64,000 nucleotides of DNA from Tubulanus polymorphus (Eukaryota > Animalia > Nemertea). The stretch spans positions 22,964,560 to 23,028,559 of the forward strand of contig NC_134027.1 in NCBI RefSeq assembly GCF_964204645.1, in the 5' to 3' direction. Position 1 is the stretch's first letter; each line of letters opens with the position of its first letter. This document shows, piece after piece, positions 1 through 12,394 of the stretch. The notes beneath the pieces were generated by a model, which was not told where the DNA came from, made no database searches, and was given only the letters and a program-made list of their open reading frames with translations. The translations under genes were made by a program, and so were the position numbers.

Positions 1-700
1 GGGGCTATGGCCGCTCAAAAATGCCCCAGAATCATGGTCAATTTCACTTTATTTGTGTACAACGCTGAAATCTTAGTAACATAATTAACCTTTTTTTGAA
101 AAAAACTTGCATACCCGAAAAAAGTTTTTAAGAAAGCACTTCACAAAGCTAATAAAGTATCTTTCCCTGTTCTGTTCTTACTGTCCTGATTGTAACCCTT
201 TTTATATTGGGGAAACTGGGAAGAATCAAGGAACATAAACGATGCTTTAAAGAGGGTGAAATTAGATATGTGGGGTAGTCTCTATTCTTTGCAAATCGGG
301 CATACTTTCGAATTTCCTGGAGCCAATATTGCTTTTCCACACAGCAATCTCACTATAGACACCACATAGTAAGAATCCGCTTTTGATTTGTACTCATTCT
401 GACCGCTCTGCCAACCTCAATGAAGATTTTAGCCCCCATTAGATCTGTGTTTCAAAATATGTCAGTACTCCAGTCCCCATTACTTAATGTGCAGTAATTC
501 GTATTATATTTCATGCATAGACAATGTATTTATGTACATGCGCTGTGTTTTATTTTGCAATTCATTTTAGACTGAAGGAGGGTAATATTTCTTACATTCG
601 AGGTAAACTTTTTAGCTATCAATTCATTTATTGTGGGATTATACTCTCATCGTTTTATCACGGATATTTTGTGATCTACAACTGATTCATGTTGATTCAT
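1..700 (+). mobile_element. 3' part of the same Penelope-like remnant in copy A
   Basis: Aligns to 40374-41060, including the pLTR-like segment at about 560-680. Confidence 0.65.
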
Positions 701-820
701 TAATTTTGAAGTGGATGATTTCTTTTAAATTGCCAAAATCTATAATATATAATGTAGCAGACGCATTGAAAATGAACGACCGAAACCCCCGTGGTTTTCA
801 ATATAGTTTCATATCTACAG

Positions 821-3800
821 TACCCCCGATTGGACCAGTCCTAACATCTCAACCAAACACCACCAACAACAACATCGTCGCAGTACAGGAGAATTCACAA
901 TTAACAATCACATGTGACGGTTCACAGTCTGGAGCTACAGGACTGACGTATAAATGGAGTGGTGTCAATCTATCAGGACAGTCTAATAATAAACTCAGTT
1001 TTACACGAATCAGTAAAACTGATTCAGATGTTTATACATGTAACGTATCGAATATAGCGGGATCAGTTGCTGGTAATATTACTATTCAAGTTCTATGTAA
1101 GTATTACGTTAAGATAGATGAACACACGTGATTTACCTAGTATTCATATTAAGCAATTTGTAACAGAAATTTGTTGGAAATAACCCAGTCAATGGATTCA
1201 AAGGAGTTCGTTGTTCAAATCTGTGTTTCATCAATTTCGTTAAAGAAACGAAATATTTATAAGTACCTACCTATATCTGCGTTGAATGCTGAGGAAAACG
1301 CGCGCGACTCCTTTACGGAGTTTATTATGAAGTGCATTTATGAGGCTGAATTATGTTAAAGTTTCAGATTCTATCCTTATCAAATGACATTTGGTCACAT
1401 CGGGATAAAGCAATTATCTAGAATAATGACGTAGGCAAGAAAATATCGTCAGATTACCACAAAATATTAATCTAAACGCGTTTATCCTTTAACCGCGGAC
1501 TCTTCTGAGGCATATTTTACCCTATTCAAACGGGTGTATTCTAGACCCCTTATGTTCCATTAATTATAACATGTATACATATTTCATTCAAATGAATCTT
1601 CCCATCGATCGATATTCACCATATTTTCTCTTCATGAAGTCTATTCGTCACGATTGTGATCGGGTGAGACGCGGCTTTGAAAAATATGCTACAATTTACC
1701 AGCGAACCGGAGCAATTAAAACATCATCAATAACGTACGAGAAATTTATTCAAGCAAAGGCTTGTGCTTTGAATAAATATGATTTTTCAATTCATTTCAA
1801 ATTAATTTGGGCCGGTAATCTGAAATATGAAATTGTACCGAATAATCTGTTGCTGTTGTACATATAACTCATCGATCAAAATAATCGCTTTTTAACACTT
1901 TTAATTTCAGACCCGCCAAATAATGTTACATTACAAGGACCGACGTCACCCGTTCAGGAATCCGTATCTGTTGACTTAACGTGTACAGCTACAGGGGGTA
2001 ACCCGGTACCGAACCTCGCCATAACTAGAACACCAGGTGGCAGCACTGTCAAACAGGGAATAAGCCCTCTAACATATTCAACATCCGCCACTAAAACAGA
2101 TAACCAGGCAGAATATCAATGTACAGCTACTGGGGCTGGTATACCAACACCAATGATTTCAAATAAAGTTAGATTAACTGTCAACTGTAAGTACTGCAGA
2201 TATTTTACAAATTACTCGTTATTCCCATGAAGTAACTGCGGTTCTATTTTTGACATAATTTTGTTTCGTCAACACACACGGATTTTGACAATATCGAGAA
2301 CAAATGATTTCTAGTTCAAGCAACAACGCTGACGATGATGAAGAAACCGGCAGATTATGTATTAGTAAACGATAATCAACAGATAGAGTGTAGAACTGAC
2401 TCGTCAAACCCGGCTGTAGAGATTCAGTGGTTCACATATTCCTTTACAACATGGACACCACTTTCCTCTCAACCAGCTACGAGTCAAACTACTGGAGCCA
2501 ATCACGGGTTTGTGGCTACTAGCGCATTATCTATTACTGCAACTAAAACTATAAATCAAGCTCAATACAGATGTCAAACTGGAAATCTTTACAAGGATAC
2601 AACGATTACCGTTTACTGTAAGTTTAAAATACATTAGTTCTAAAATATATCATTTCAGATCATTCGGAAATATTTTGCACCGGATTAATTACCAAATGAA
2701 ACCTGCTTCTAAACTACACGTAGAGGTTCATTAATGAGAGTGAAATGAGAATTTATATGAAATTCGTTCTATTTTGAATCATGACGTTTCGGCTTCAATT
2801 CTTCAATTTTTTTTCCGCTAGCAAAATATTTTTCTCGTCCATTTCAGATCCGCCAAGCAGTGTTGCATTACAAGGACCGACGTCACCAGTTCGGGATTCC
2901 ATTTCCGTTGACTTCACGTGTACATCTACAGGGGGTAACCCGGTACCGAACCTGCTAATATCTAGAACACCAGTTGGCAGCACTGTGAAACAGGGAGTTA
3001 GTCCTCTAACATATTCAACATCCGTCACTAAAACAGATAACCAGGCAAAATATCTATGTACAGCTTCTGGGGCTGGTATATCAACACCAATGATTTCTAA
3101 TAAATTCGTATTAACTGTCAACTGTAAGTACTATACATTGTTTACAAATTACTCGTAACCTCGTGAAGTTAATTTAGTTCTATTTTTGTGATGATTTTGT
3201 TTCGTCAACATCCTTGGATTTTGACAATATTGAAACAAATTATTTCTAGTTCAAGCAACATCACTGACAATGGTGAAGAAACCGGCAAATCGTGTATTAT
3301 TTAACAATAATCAACAGATGAAGTGTAAAACTGACTCGTCAAACCCGGCTGTACAGATTCAGTGGTTCATATATTCCTCCACCACATGGACAGCACTTGT
3401 CTCTCAACCAACTACGAGTCAAACTAGTGCAGCCTATCACGGGTTTATGGCTACTAGCGCATTATCTATTACTGCAACTAAATCTATGAATCAGGCTCAA
3501 TACAGATGTCAAACTGGAAATCTGTACAAAGATACAACAATTACCGTTCACTGTAAGTATGAAACGCTATTTCAGATATCAAATGAAGTGTTGTAGATTG
3601 TTGTTCATATAAATGCCCTTTCCCTGAATGGCTAATGAAGGAGCGTGAATTTAAATATTTGTTTATAGTTCCACCAGAATCAATGACACTGACTGAAATT
3701 CCAAACGGTCCAGTTGTTGAAGGTACATCTAAAACTCTGACGTGTACAACTGACTCCAGTAACCCGGTGTCTACAATTAAGTGGGCGTACAGCTCTGGGG

Positions 3801-6800
3801 CGACAACATGGATAAATATTTCACCCAACCCAGCAGTAAATCATAAACCCGGATCTCACAGTGGACAGATATCTACTAGTAGTCTAGTAGTATCAACTGA
3901 TAAGGATAAGAATGGAAGACAATACAGATGTACAGCTAATCAGAACAGTCATCCCGTTAATGGTCTCAACCAAACCACAACATTGTCTATATTGTGTAAG
4001 TGTGGTATAGCACGTGTAATGTGTTTAACGGTTACATATTATTTCATTCATCGATTTGAATCGGAATACCAATCATTATCTGCATCTTCATGGTTCATTA
4101 AGATTAAATCAACCAAATGCGCTTTACTTATTTACAATTCGCATGATTTCAGTTCAACATCCGTAGATTGAGAGAATATTGAAAACAAATTATAATATGC
4201 TTAATGGTGAAAAACGGGCAGATTATGTGTTAGTAAACAATAGTCAGATCGAATGTAAAACTGAATCAGTCTTCGATCGATTTTCTTTACTTTGATAAGA
4301 TATGATAGTCTACCGTCAGATTATCTCAATGTAACGTCAAATTGTTTAATATCGGCTTTCTGACACGAGGGGGCGATAGTGTGCGTATGATACGTTTGCC
4401 ATATTTTTCATGTTTTGTAATATTATCAAAGTCGTTACGTAGAATCTTTGCAACTATTCCTTAATTTTCTTGCAAACTTCATGTTCTTCTCTCGGGGCTT
4501 TTGAATGTACAATTTTTGAAGTTTTAGAAACACTAGTTTTCCGGCCATTCTCCTTACGTCTGCTGTTACATAAAAATCTAACAGAGAATCACTTCGAGTT
4601 ACATCGTGTTCATTTATTGGTCCTCGCAATGACCAATTAGAAAAATACCCTGCAAAGAGGTATGAATCGCTAGATGTCGTACAAAAACAGGGTTTGGACT
4701 GTATTCCCGTTTTGCATATTTCGGTAGAAGAGCTGACATGCGCAGTAAGAATCAATTCTGTACTCAGTAAGAACCTTCACGCTCTGGACGAGTTCTCCAT
4801 AGTTCATGCAAGAAATTATTGGCGTAATCGAGTCTATGAGAATAAATCAATTCTGACTTGAAACGGTACCAACAAGCGGACCCCTGCAGGTGTTTGTCTT
4901 ATTTGGGTGTTTTTCTTTATCAGCAGTGCTTACTTCCTACTGAAGTGGCGCATGCCTGATGCGGTACATCGGTATCAGGGACATAGACTGGTTGCCTTGT
5001 CTTTTCGAACTTACTGCGAATGCAGTGGCCCTGAATTCGACAGGCAACCATTCTATCAGGGACAACGATTACAACGATTACCGTTCACTGTAAGAGAAAA
5101 TCACATGTTCGCATCTTTCAATGACCGTCTAATAAAGTATCAATCATGACTTTCAATGTTATATCTTCAGTTCCACCCGAGTCAATTACACTGACTGAAA
5201 TTCCAAACGGTCCAGTTGTTCACGGTACATCAAAAACTCTGACATGTACAACTGAATCCAGTAACCCGGTGTCTACAATTGTCTGGGCGTACAGCTCTTG
5301 GACGACAACGTGGACAAATATTTCACCCAACCAAGCAGTAAATCATAAACCCGGATCTCACAGTGCACGGGCATCTACTAGTAGTCTAGTAGTACCAACT
5401 GATAAGGATAAAAATGGAAAACAATATAGATGTACAGCTTATCAGAACAGTCAAACTGTCAATGGTGTCAACACATCCATGACGTTGTCTATATTGTGTA
5501 AGTGTTCAATAGGCGATTTATCTTCTTGATAAATGAAAATGCACAATAATCAGATGTATTCGTAGCCGTTTCGGTAGAGGTCTTGGATTACTGTAGCAAT
5601 GAAATGAAAAATTATCTTTTAATTTTGTAAAACATAGTAGTTAGTGTTTATCAGATGACTGGATATCAATCAAATCCACGAATGATTAATTCGTCACAAA
5701 AAACTTATAAAAACTGATTGCAGTAAAAACTGATATGATTTCATACGAGGGAATTTTACTCCATTTATCGGTAACTTTTTATTGCCGATGTCCGCTGTGA
5801 ACAACCAGTATGACTATAGTGAACTGTTATTTATCTCATAAAAACCCTACGAAAACGTCGTTGTGTTCTTACAAATGAACTTTACTCTATCTATCAGTGA
5901 TATTTTATTACCGATGTCCAATCTAAACAACCAGTATATACACAGTACAACGACAGCGTCCGGGGGGACATAATTACTTTGCATCGAAGGAAAACATTCT
6001 CAACAATTCATCTATCTTTATTCTAAGTTCTATTCCGAATTTCATCCATATTTTGTTTCAATTCTACTCCGTTACGCAAGGGGATCAAATTCCTCTCATA
6101 GCATTAGCGCAACTGGTACATATCTTCATTTGAGACTACACTGTACATTCTTTCATATTTCAAGTGCTGAAAAAGTTACTCTTGTATTTTTTAGAAACTT
6201 TTTATTCTATATACACTAGACACAATATTACATATTTAGTTTAATTCTACAATAGATGCACCGCAGCTTTCTTCACAAGTTGAACCCGTTGCCGCAAATA
6301 TAGGAGAAAGTGTTAGATTTACGATAAACTACGATGCAAATCCGTTAGCGACAACTCTCAACTGTAGACACAATTCAACAAATGACCGACGGAAATTGAA
6401 AAAGACCAGTTTAACGCAGTGGAATGTCATCATACAATCAGTTCAGGCGTCTGATTTTGGATCTTATTCGTGTAGACTCAATAATTCAGTTGGTAGCATA
6501 GGTATAACACTGAAACTCACAGAAACTGGTAAGAATCATGTGCTATTTCGAATTATATGTTGTTTTCAGAAATTCGCAGTCATTTGCACTATAGCACTAT
6601 TTACCACTTATCAATTCTAATAAAACCTGCAAATATCGATTGCAGCCTGAAACCTATTTTCAATGATAACTCTTCTGTTAGTCGTTCATCAATTGATAAT
6701 ATTTGAGTAGTCGGATGTCTGGAGGGATGCTGGGCCCAGGGTTCAGATTAATACCGGAGTAACACTCTGAATAACACGAGACTGCATTTTGCTGAACTGG

Positions 6801-9800
6801 GATCCCAATAAATTAGTGCAGCGCGCGAACTATAAAACGAATTTCTTTTTTTTCTTATTGTTTTAGGACCTCCCCAAACACCGTCAAATCTGTCAGTTAT
6901 TGCAAAAACAGCCATTTCTGTGACATTGAGTTGGGTGTCTGAATTTGAGGGTGGTGCCAAACAAACGTTTGCTGTCAGTTACAGGGCTTGGAATTCCATA
7001 CAATTCGTGAATAAAGCTGAAATACCCGATCCCGGTTATAGAAAACTGGTGCAAACGAAAATAACCGGTTTAAAACCGGCAACTGATTACCAGTTCAAAG
7101 TGAAAAGTGTCAACTTAAATGTAGGTGATAATACAAGTCCATTTACTGATATAGTTACAACTAATACAAATGGTAAGATTGAAGGCTTGTTAGATATGTA
7201 AGTTTTATAAGATATAAATACAGGCCTATTTTTAAGCCCGTTGGAATAATTAAACGTAAATTCCTCAATTCGTTAAGTTTTTGATTAGGATAATTTTGTT
7301 TGAGTTGAATTCCTCATTCTCGGAAAATCCTCATTGCGTGTCATCGAAGAAATTCAAACAAAAAGTTCCTTCGGATTATTTTACCAGTAAACTTTGCCGA
7401 TGTCATTCACATTCGATGTCGCATCATTTTCGGTCAAATTCAGAATCAAGGAGCTTCCCGTTGATACGAATATAGGAATCGGAATACGTAGCGACATACG
7501 TGCCTCCTCGATCCCCGATCTTGAGAATTCTATCTCGGCTGTTAGTTCCAGCTAGTGGGATTGGCTGCACCCACTCCTTTCTAGATGATTGTGTTGATGA
7601 TGTATCAATTGTTTTCAGGATGATATTGATATCGGATTTGTTTTTCTCATTTTTCAGCTATTCCAATCGCTTTAATCACCGCAATGAAGCAAGCGACAGT
7701 AACACAGAAAGGAAATAGTGTCCTGATAAAATTGTCGTCGTTTCCGTCGTGTCTACGCGGAATACTGTTTCAAAAATACGAACGAATGTTTTAATTCTAC
7801 GAAACTAGAAAGTACTGGCGGTTCGATTAGTATTGAGATTAAAATCGATCCCGATCAAGCATACAGTTACCAACTGATTGTAACTGAGAGAGGTGACGTG
7901 ATTCTGAGCCATCAGGTTGAAATTCCAGGTAAATATTTGCTGGTTAGTGTCGGTAAACCAAGATCCAAACGTTGAAAAGAGAAAGATAAACAAACGAATA
8001 AATGCATAGATATCCCAACCACGCCTATAGTCATTTTGCTAGTTCGCTTTTAATGAAAAATATCTCTGGTGAAATCCAGGCCCATCGATACTTCCTTGTC
8101 ATAATTTGCACATTTTATTTTCCCATTTTTCGATCCTCTCAGTTACTACCAATGTTGCGTTGATCGGAGGTGTTGTTGCTGGTGTATTGTTGGTCGCCAT
8201 CATCGTTATTGTGTTCGTGTTTCTATTCTTGAAAGGTCGTCGAGACGGTCAATGGATCTGGACAAAATACTGCACGAAAAGGTTTATGTTTCTTTTTGTT
8301 TATACGTTACTAGAAGTTTCCTCTTCTATTCGCTAAGCTTAATCTAATGTCAATAGATTCATTTCCATGCTGAGCAATAGACTCGTATTTTGTCTTTAAG
8401 GTATGTCCTACCCGTTTGTGTCCTATTCCCTTTTTAGATGGGCCAAAGAAAATAGCAATGCCGTCCTTTGATTTGTACGAGCCATAAAAAACGATGCAGT
8501 CCTTTTTTCAACAATAAGTGTCATTAATTCCACCAATGACTTCATTAATTTTGACGATAAGGACATATTTCTTGATGTAAAAGTGGGCAATTTTCGGTGA
8601 TATATTTCAAAAATCAGAATATTATAAATGGTCTCGAAACTGGTTGTACACGTTAGTTACACCACGAGAAGATTCGAATCCCAATATTCCATTTAACCGA
8701 TCCCTTTCACTAGCGACAATTATATTTTCGAAATATGTAATCGACGTGTAAATAATGCAGCGAAATCATTCTTTCATTTCAGAAAAACTGGAGAATCACA
8801 AGTTGGTAAATGAAGTAGAAATAGATTTGTTATTCGATGGGAAATATAATATAATGATAATATTATCAGTAATTTCATCATTATTTGAATTACAGGCCTT
8901 CTAGGGTTTCATCGGTTTTCCATACACTGAATATTTTTAAAACGAATACGTAACATCAATTCTATGATATTTTTGATAATAGCGTCATTCTTGAACAGAA
9001 TTGTTCTTATAATTTCAGTTTATTCAAACACGAAGGAATCCCCGTGTATGTATATTCGATGCATTTTCTGCCTTCGTGTCTCACTGTGAATTGAGTTTAC
9101 TATCGAAAAATATGATATTTCAGACTCTTACGCCACGGTAACACCGAACGTAAATGCGGCTTTTGAAGGTGGTAAGTCAATTATCATTAAATCACTTTTT
9201 CAATTTAACTTATTATACGTACATTTCTATGAAAACATCTATGAGAAAGTTTACAAAATTTTAGTCTCACCAGTGGCAAGATGTCGTCGACATCTGTACC
9301 AACTATTTTTGTTCCAAATCCTCACAGCCGCTATTCCAAAGTGCCACCTTATCATTTTAGGGATACGAATCATTTTTCTTATCTCATAGAATTTCAGGGC
9401 TTTTAAAGATTTTATCAGTTTTTACGAAACCCCACAAGGTGAAAACTCATTTTTCCGCGGCCACTGAGTAGAGACAATAGCTTGATGTAAGTGCTTAATG
9501 ACCTCACCATCTTCTAACCAGTCTCACTGCTTCTATTCTACCCCCTCCTGAACGGCGCTAGCTATCCTTTACATGTCCCTATATTCTATTATAGCAACTA
9601 AATGCTCTTCTATCTTTCCAACAAACTCCCACCTTGTAATCTGAGCCATTTGCCATCAGTGTGCACACTGCACACTCTACTCATATATACATTTAACTAT
9701 TGAATCTACACCAAAAAATAATCTTCCGTTCGAACGGAAAGGTTTGTGGCCTCGAAAAAAATATGTATTTCTCAGCATGTTACCATAGGTTTTCTATTTA

Positions 9801-10823
9801 CTTACACTGAATATTATATTTTTTCAATCTTGGAATAATTTTCATCATTTCAGTCTATTCAACCAGTAGTCAAGCCCATGGCACAGATCTGTGTATGTTT
9901 ATTCGATGCATTTGATACTTTCTCATTTCACTGCGAATTTAGTTTACAATTTATGGAATATGACATTTCAGACTCTTACGCCGCGGCCACAAGGAGCGTA
10001 AACAAGGCTTTTAACGGTAGGTCAATTATCATTGAATTAAGTCACACATTTCTATGAGAAAATCTAGAAAATCTAGGAGACAATATAGAAAAATTCTAAC
10101 GAAGGGCTAGCTATCGTAGACATTTTGTTTCAATCATCCTTGACCTAGCCTCCGCGCCTGCCTTGTCATTTTCGGGAAAGTGAGCATTTCATTAATCCGC
10201 TTGCATTCTTAGTTTTCCTTCGTTAAAATCTGGCTTCTGAAGATATTTTACTGTTTTCTAAAAACACTGAATATGTGATATTAGGAAATTCATACATATC
10301 ATCTATGTTTTTCTGGATATAATTGATTTTATATTTATTCCTTGAACCGAATTTCCACCATTGCAGTTTAATCAAACAGTAATGAAGCATATGACAAAGA
10401 CTCGCGTATGGATTATATTCGTTTCATCTGAAACCGTCTTATCTCCCTGTGAAATGCGTTTACTATTGATAAAATCATATTTCAGACTCTTACGCTGAGG
10501 AAACACTGTATGTAAATGTAGCTTTTGGCGGTAAGCAAGTCATCATTAAATCACTTCATCGATTATCATTAACCCATACCATAAAATTCATCGATAGACA
10601 TCATTCTAAGCAAACAATTTAGAATCTTCACAAAAGACTTAGATATCGTCGGGTTTTTCAACTACTCGTCACCTAAGCTCCGCGGCCGCTTTATCATTTT
10701 TTTTGGGATAGTGATAACTATGTGTTTTGTTTGTTTCCTTCATTAGAAGCAGACTCTGTAACTGGTGACCAGAACCATTATGAAGAAGTTATTATGGAAC
10801 TTTTTACTGACTCGAAAAACTAG
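821..10823 (+). CDS. IgSF receptor copy A (5' end outside window): 8 Ig + FN3 + spacer + TM + Tyr-motif tail; carries a frameshift and a premature stop
   Basis: GT-AG exons: Ig 821-1096, 1911-2186, 2315-2617, 2848-3123, 3250-3552, 3669-3995, 5171-5497, 6256-6528; FN3 6867-7172; spacer 7658-7928 (271 nt, 8-nt deletion versus the 279-nt paralog exon, stop at 7792-7794); TM 8143-8281 (VALIGGVVAGVLLVAIIVIVFVFLFL); tail 8783-8805, 9019-9045, 9124-9171, 9854-9892, 9972-10016, 10367-10405 (TAT>TAA), 10486-10530, 10753-10823. Ig motifs such as LTITC..YKW..DSDVYTC. Confidence 0.85.
4150..5095 (+). pseudogene. Dead 303-nt-type Ig exon split by an insertion (5' part also at about 28690-28850 minus and 44535-44660 plus)
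   Basis: atggtgaaaaacgggcagattatgtgttagtaaacaatagtcagatcgaatgtaaaactga (exon 5' part) breaks at about 4265; the exon 3' end acaacgattaccgttcact|gtaag resumes at about 5071. Confidence 0.7.
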
Positions 10824-11179
10824 CACGATGTGCTTGTAACATCGAAAATAAATTATACGACCCTTCTACTCCGTGGATGGATTCAAAGTTATTTGCAGCG
10901 TCATATGTACTTTGAAATGATTCCTGAAGAAACAATGTTACGATTTCGTTTTGTTTTCGCTTTCTCGTCGAACAAACACAAAATATACGTAAATTGATAA
11001 ACAAGTTGAACGGGTGCAATTAGAAATAGGTCTAGTTGTTGATGCCGTTAGACTATGCAACAAGTTAGAATTCCTACGAGTGACGGTCTATTCTGAAAAA
11101 TCTGTCGAAAGTAACTGTAATTTCTGCTTGTTTCCTCATTCACACTTATTCATTACCTACGTAAATTACCATTTCATTG

Positions 11180-11600
11180 TAACGGAATATAATGAATTAT
11201 TTGATAAATGTGAATGTATTGTTAGAATAAGAAATAAAAACAGATCTTGCTGTGAGTGGTATATTTCCCCAGACCTTTCGAAAGCGTTCGACATTCCAAA
11301 TCATGACATTATATGTCATGATTTGGAATATCATTATATGAAGGTTTCCTAGGGATAGTAAACGATTGGTATTCTTCTCATCTTCCCAATCAACAACAAA
11401 ATACGTCTCACACAAATGCTCCATTTCTTCCACACTATCCGCTAAGATCTGAGTATGCCGTGGTTTCTATCCTAGGTCCACTTCTTTTTCTTATTCACAT
11501 GCATTATATTTATTCTTCTACGGAAAAGCTTAAGTACATACTATTCGCTGTTGATACGCCACTGCATTAGTTCACATATACATCTCTGTACAAACATACA
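11180..11600 (+). mobile_element. Degenerate LINE (CR1/L2-type) reverse transcriptase fragment
   Basis: Ordered motifs DLSKAFDIPNHDII, WYSSHLPNQQQ, SILGPLLFLIH and ILFAVDT match the LINE RT consensus DLSKAFDxVxH / WxxSYLxxRxQ / SILGPLLFxIY / LFADD, with frameshifts. Confidence 0.75.
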
Positions 11601-12394
11601 TACATAATGATTTAGATTTGACGATGATGACTGCAGTCTCTAAAATAAAAAAAAAGCGCCTACAAATATCTTATCGTGCACGAAGTCATAGTGAAATATT
11701 TTTGAAACCCGATTTCAGCCATCCATCATACTTTATACTTTTTGTTATCATTGGATCATTTATGTTAATCATATGATCATTTATGTTTACATTGGGCTTC
11801 ACCTTACTTGATCTAATGCCGATCAGTTTCTGTATGAGATTTTTTAACAAAATATAATAAGAATTTATTCAAACTACAACGTAAGTCTCATTTTATGCAA
11901 TTTCTGAAGAATCTCTATCTCGAGTCATTTGTGGGTTCATTGACAATTCACAATGGCTTAGGTTATCTCAGGTGGTACAACACCGTGTGAAGTACGAAAG
12001 GCAGATTTCCAGGGCAAACTTCGGCTTTCGTAGCTAGTGGTTGGAAGAAATAACCGAACGCACTATGTTTGGTCGTAAGGCATTTCGCTGCGTCGTCCAT
12101 CTTGGAAATAGACACGAACTACAGCGACCGTGCCCAATCTCGTGGTCGACCGTTTTCGGTTCATAGTTCGGACAAACTGACATTCGGTTTCACTTAGTTC
12201 GACTATAGTCAAATAACTCCCATTACGAAGTTCGCCCAGTGTGCTGATAAAAATATCTAATGCCTTGCATCATTCACAACCAATGATGTCTTGGGTGTCG
12301 AAGTTCTGATTACAACGAAAAATGGCGATTAAGTGTCGAATGATGGTTCGATTAAAGATATTTTAGGTCAAGTTCCGCAGTTCACGAAATGGCC

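Larger units (their letters stand above)
1..8290. repeat. Segmental duplication: inverted copy of about 23900-33040 and direct copy of about 40374-44400
   Basis: Introns and exons align closely; for example 1-60 matches 40374-40435 and the reverse complement of 32980-33040. Confidence 0.9.

Noticed and set aside
1571-1867. Intronic ORF repeated at 31164-31571
   Set aside because: It lies in a duplicated intron, the copy in D (about 41900-42100) is disrupted by indels, and it has no recognisable domain.
2219-3828. Recurrent antisense ORFs (MTSQFYTL.., MTDVEYVRG.., MGEIFIHV..), also near 13121, 29927, 30547, 42641, 43225 and 43965
   Set aside because: They are shadows of duplicated Ig exons, and their recurrence simply follows the duplication.
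1911-5497. Dscam-like mutually exclusive exon array
   Set aside because: Exon types alternate in a repeating cassette with compatible phases, which fits a constitutive multi-Ig stalk. Skipping is possible but nothing supports mutual exclusion.
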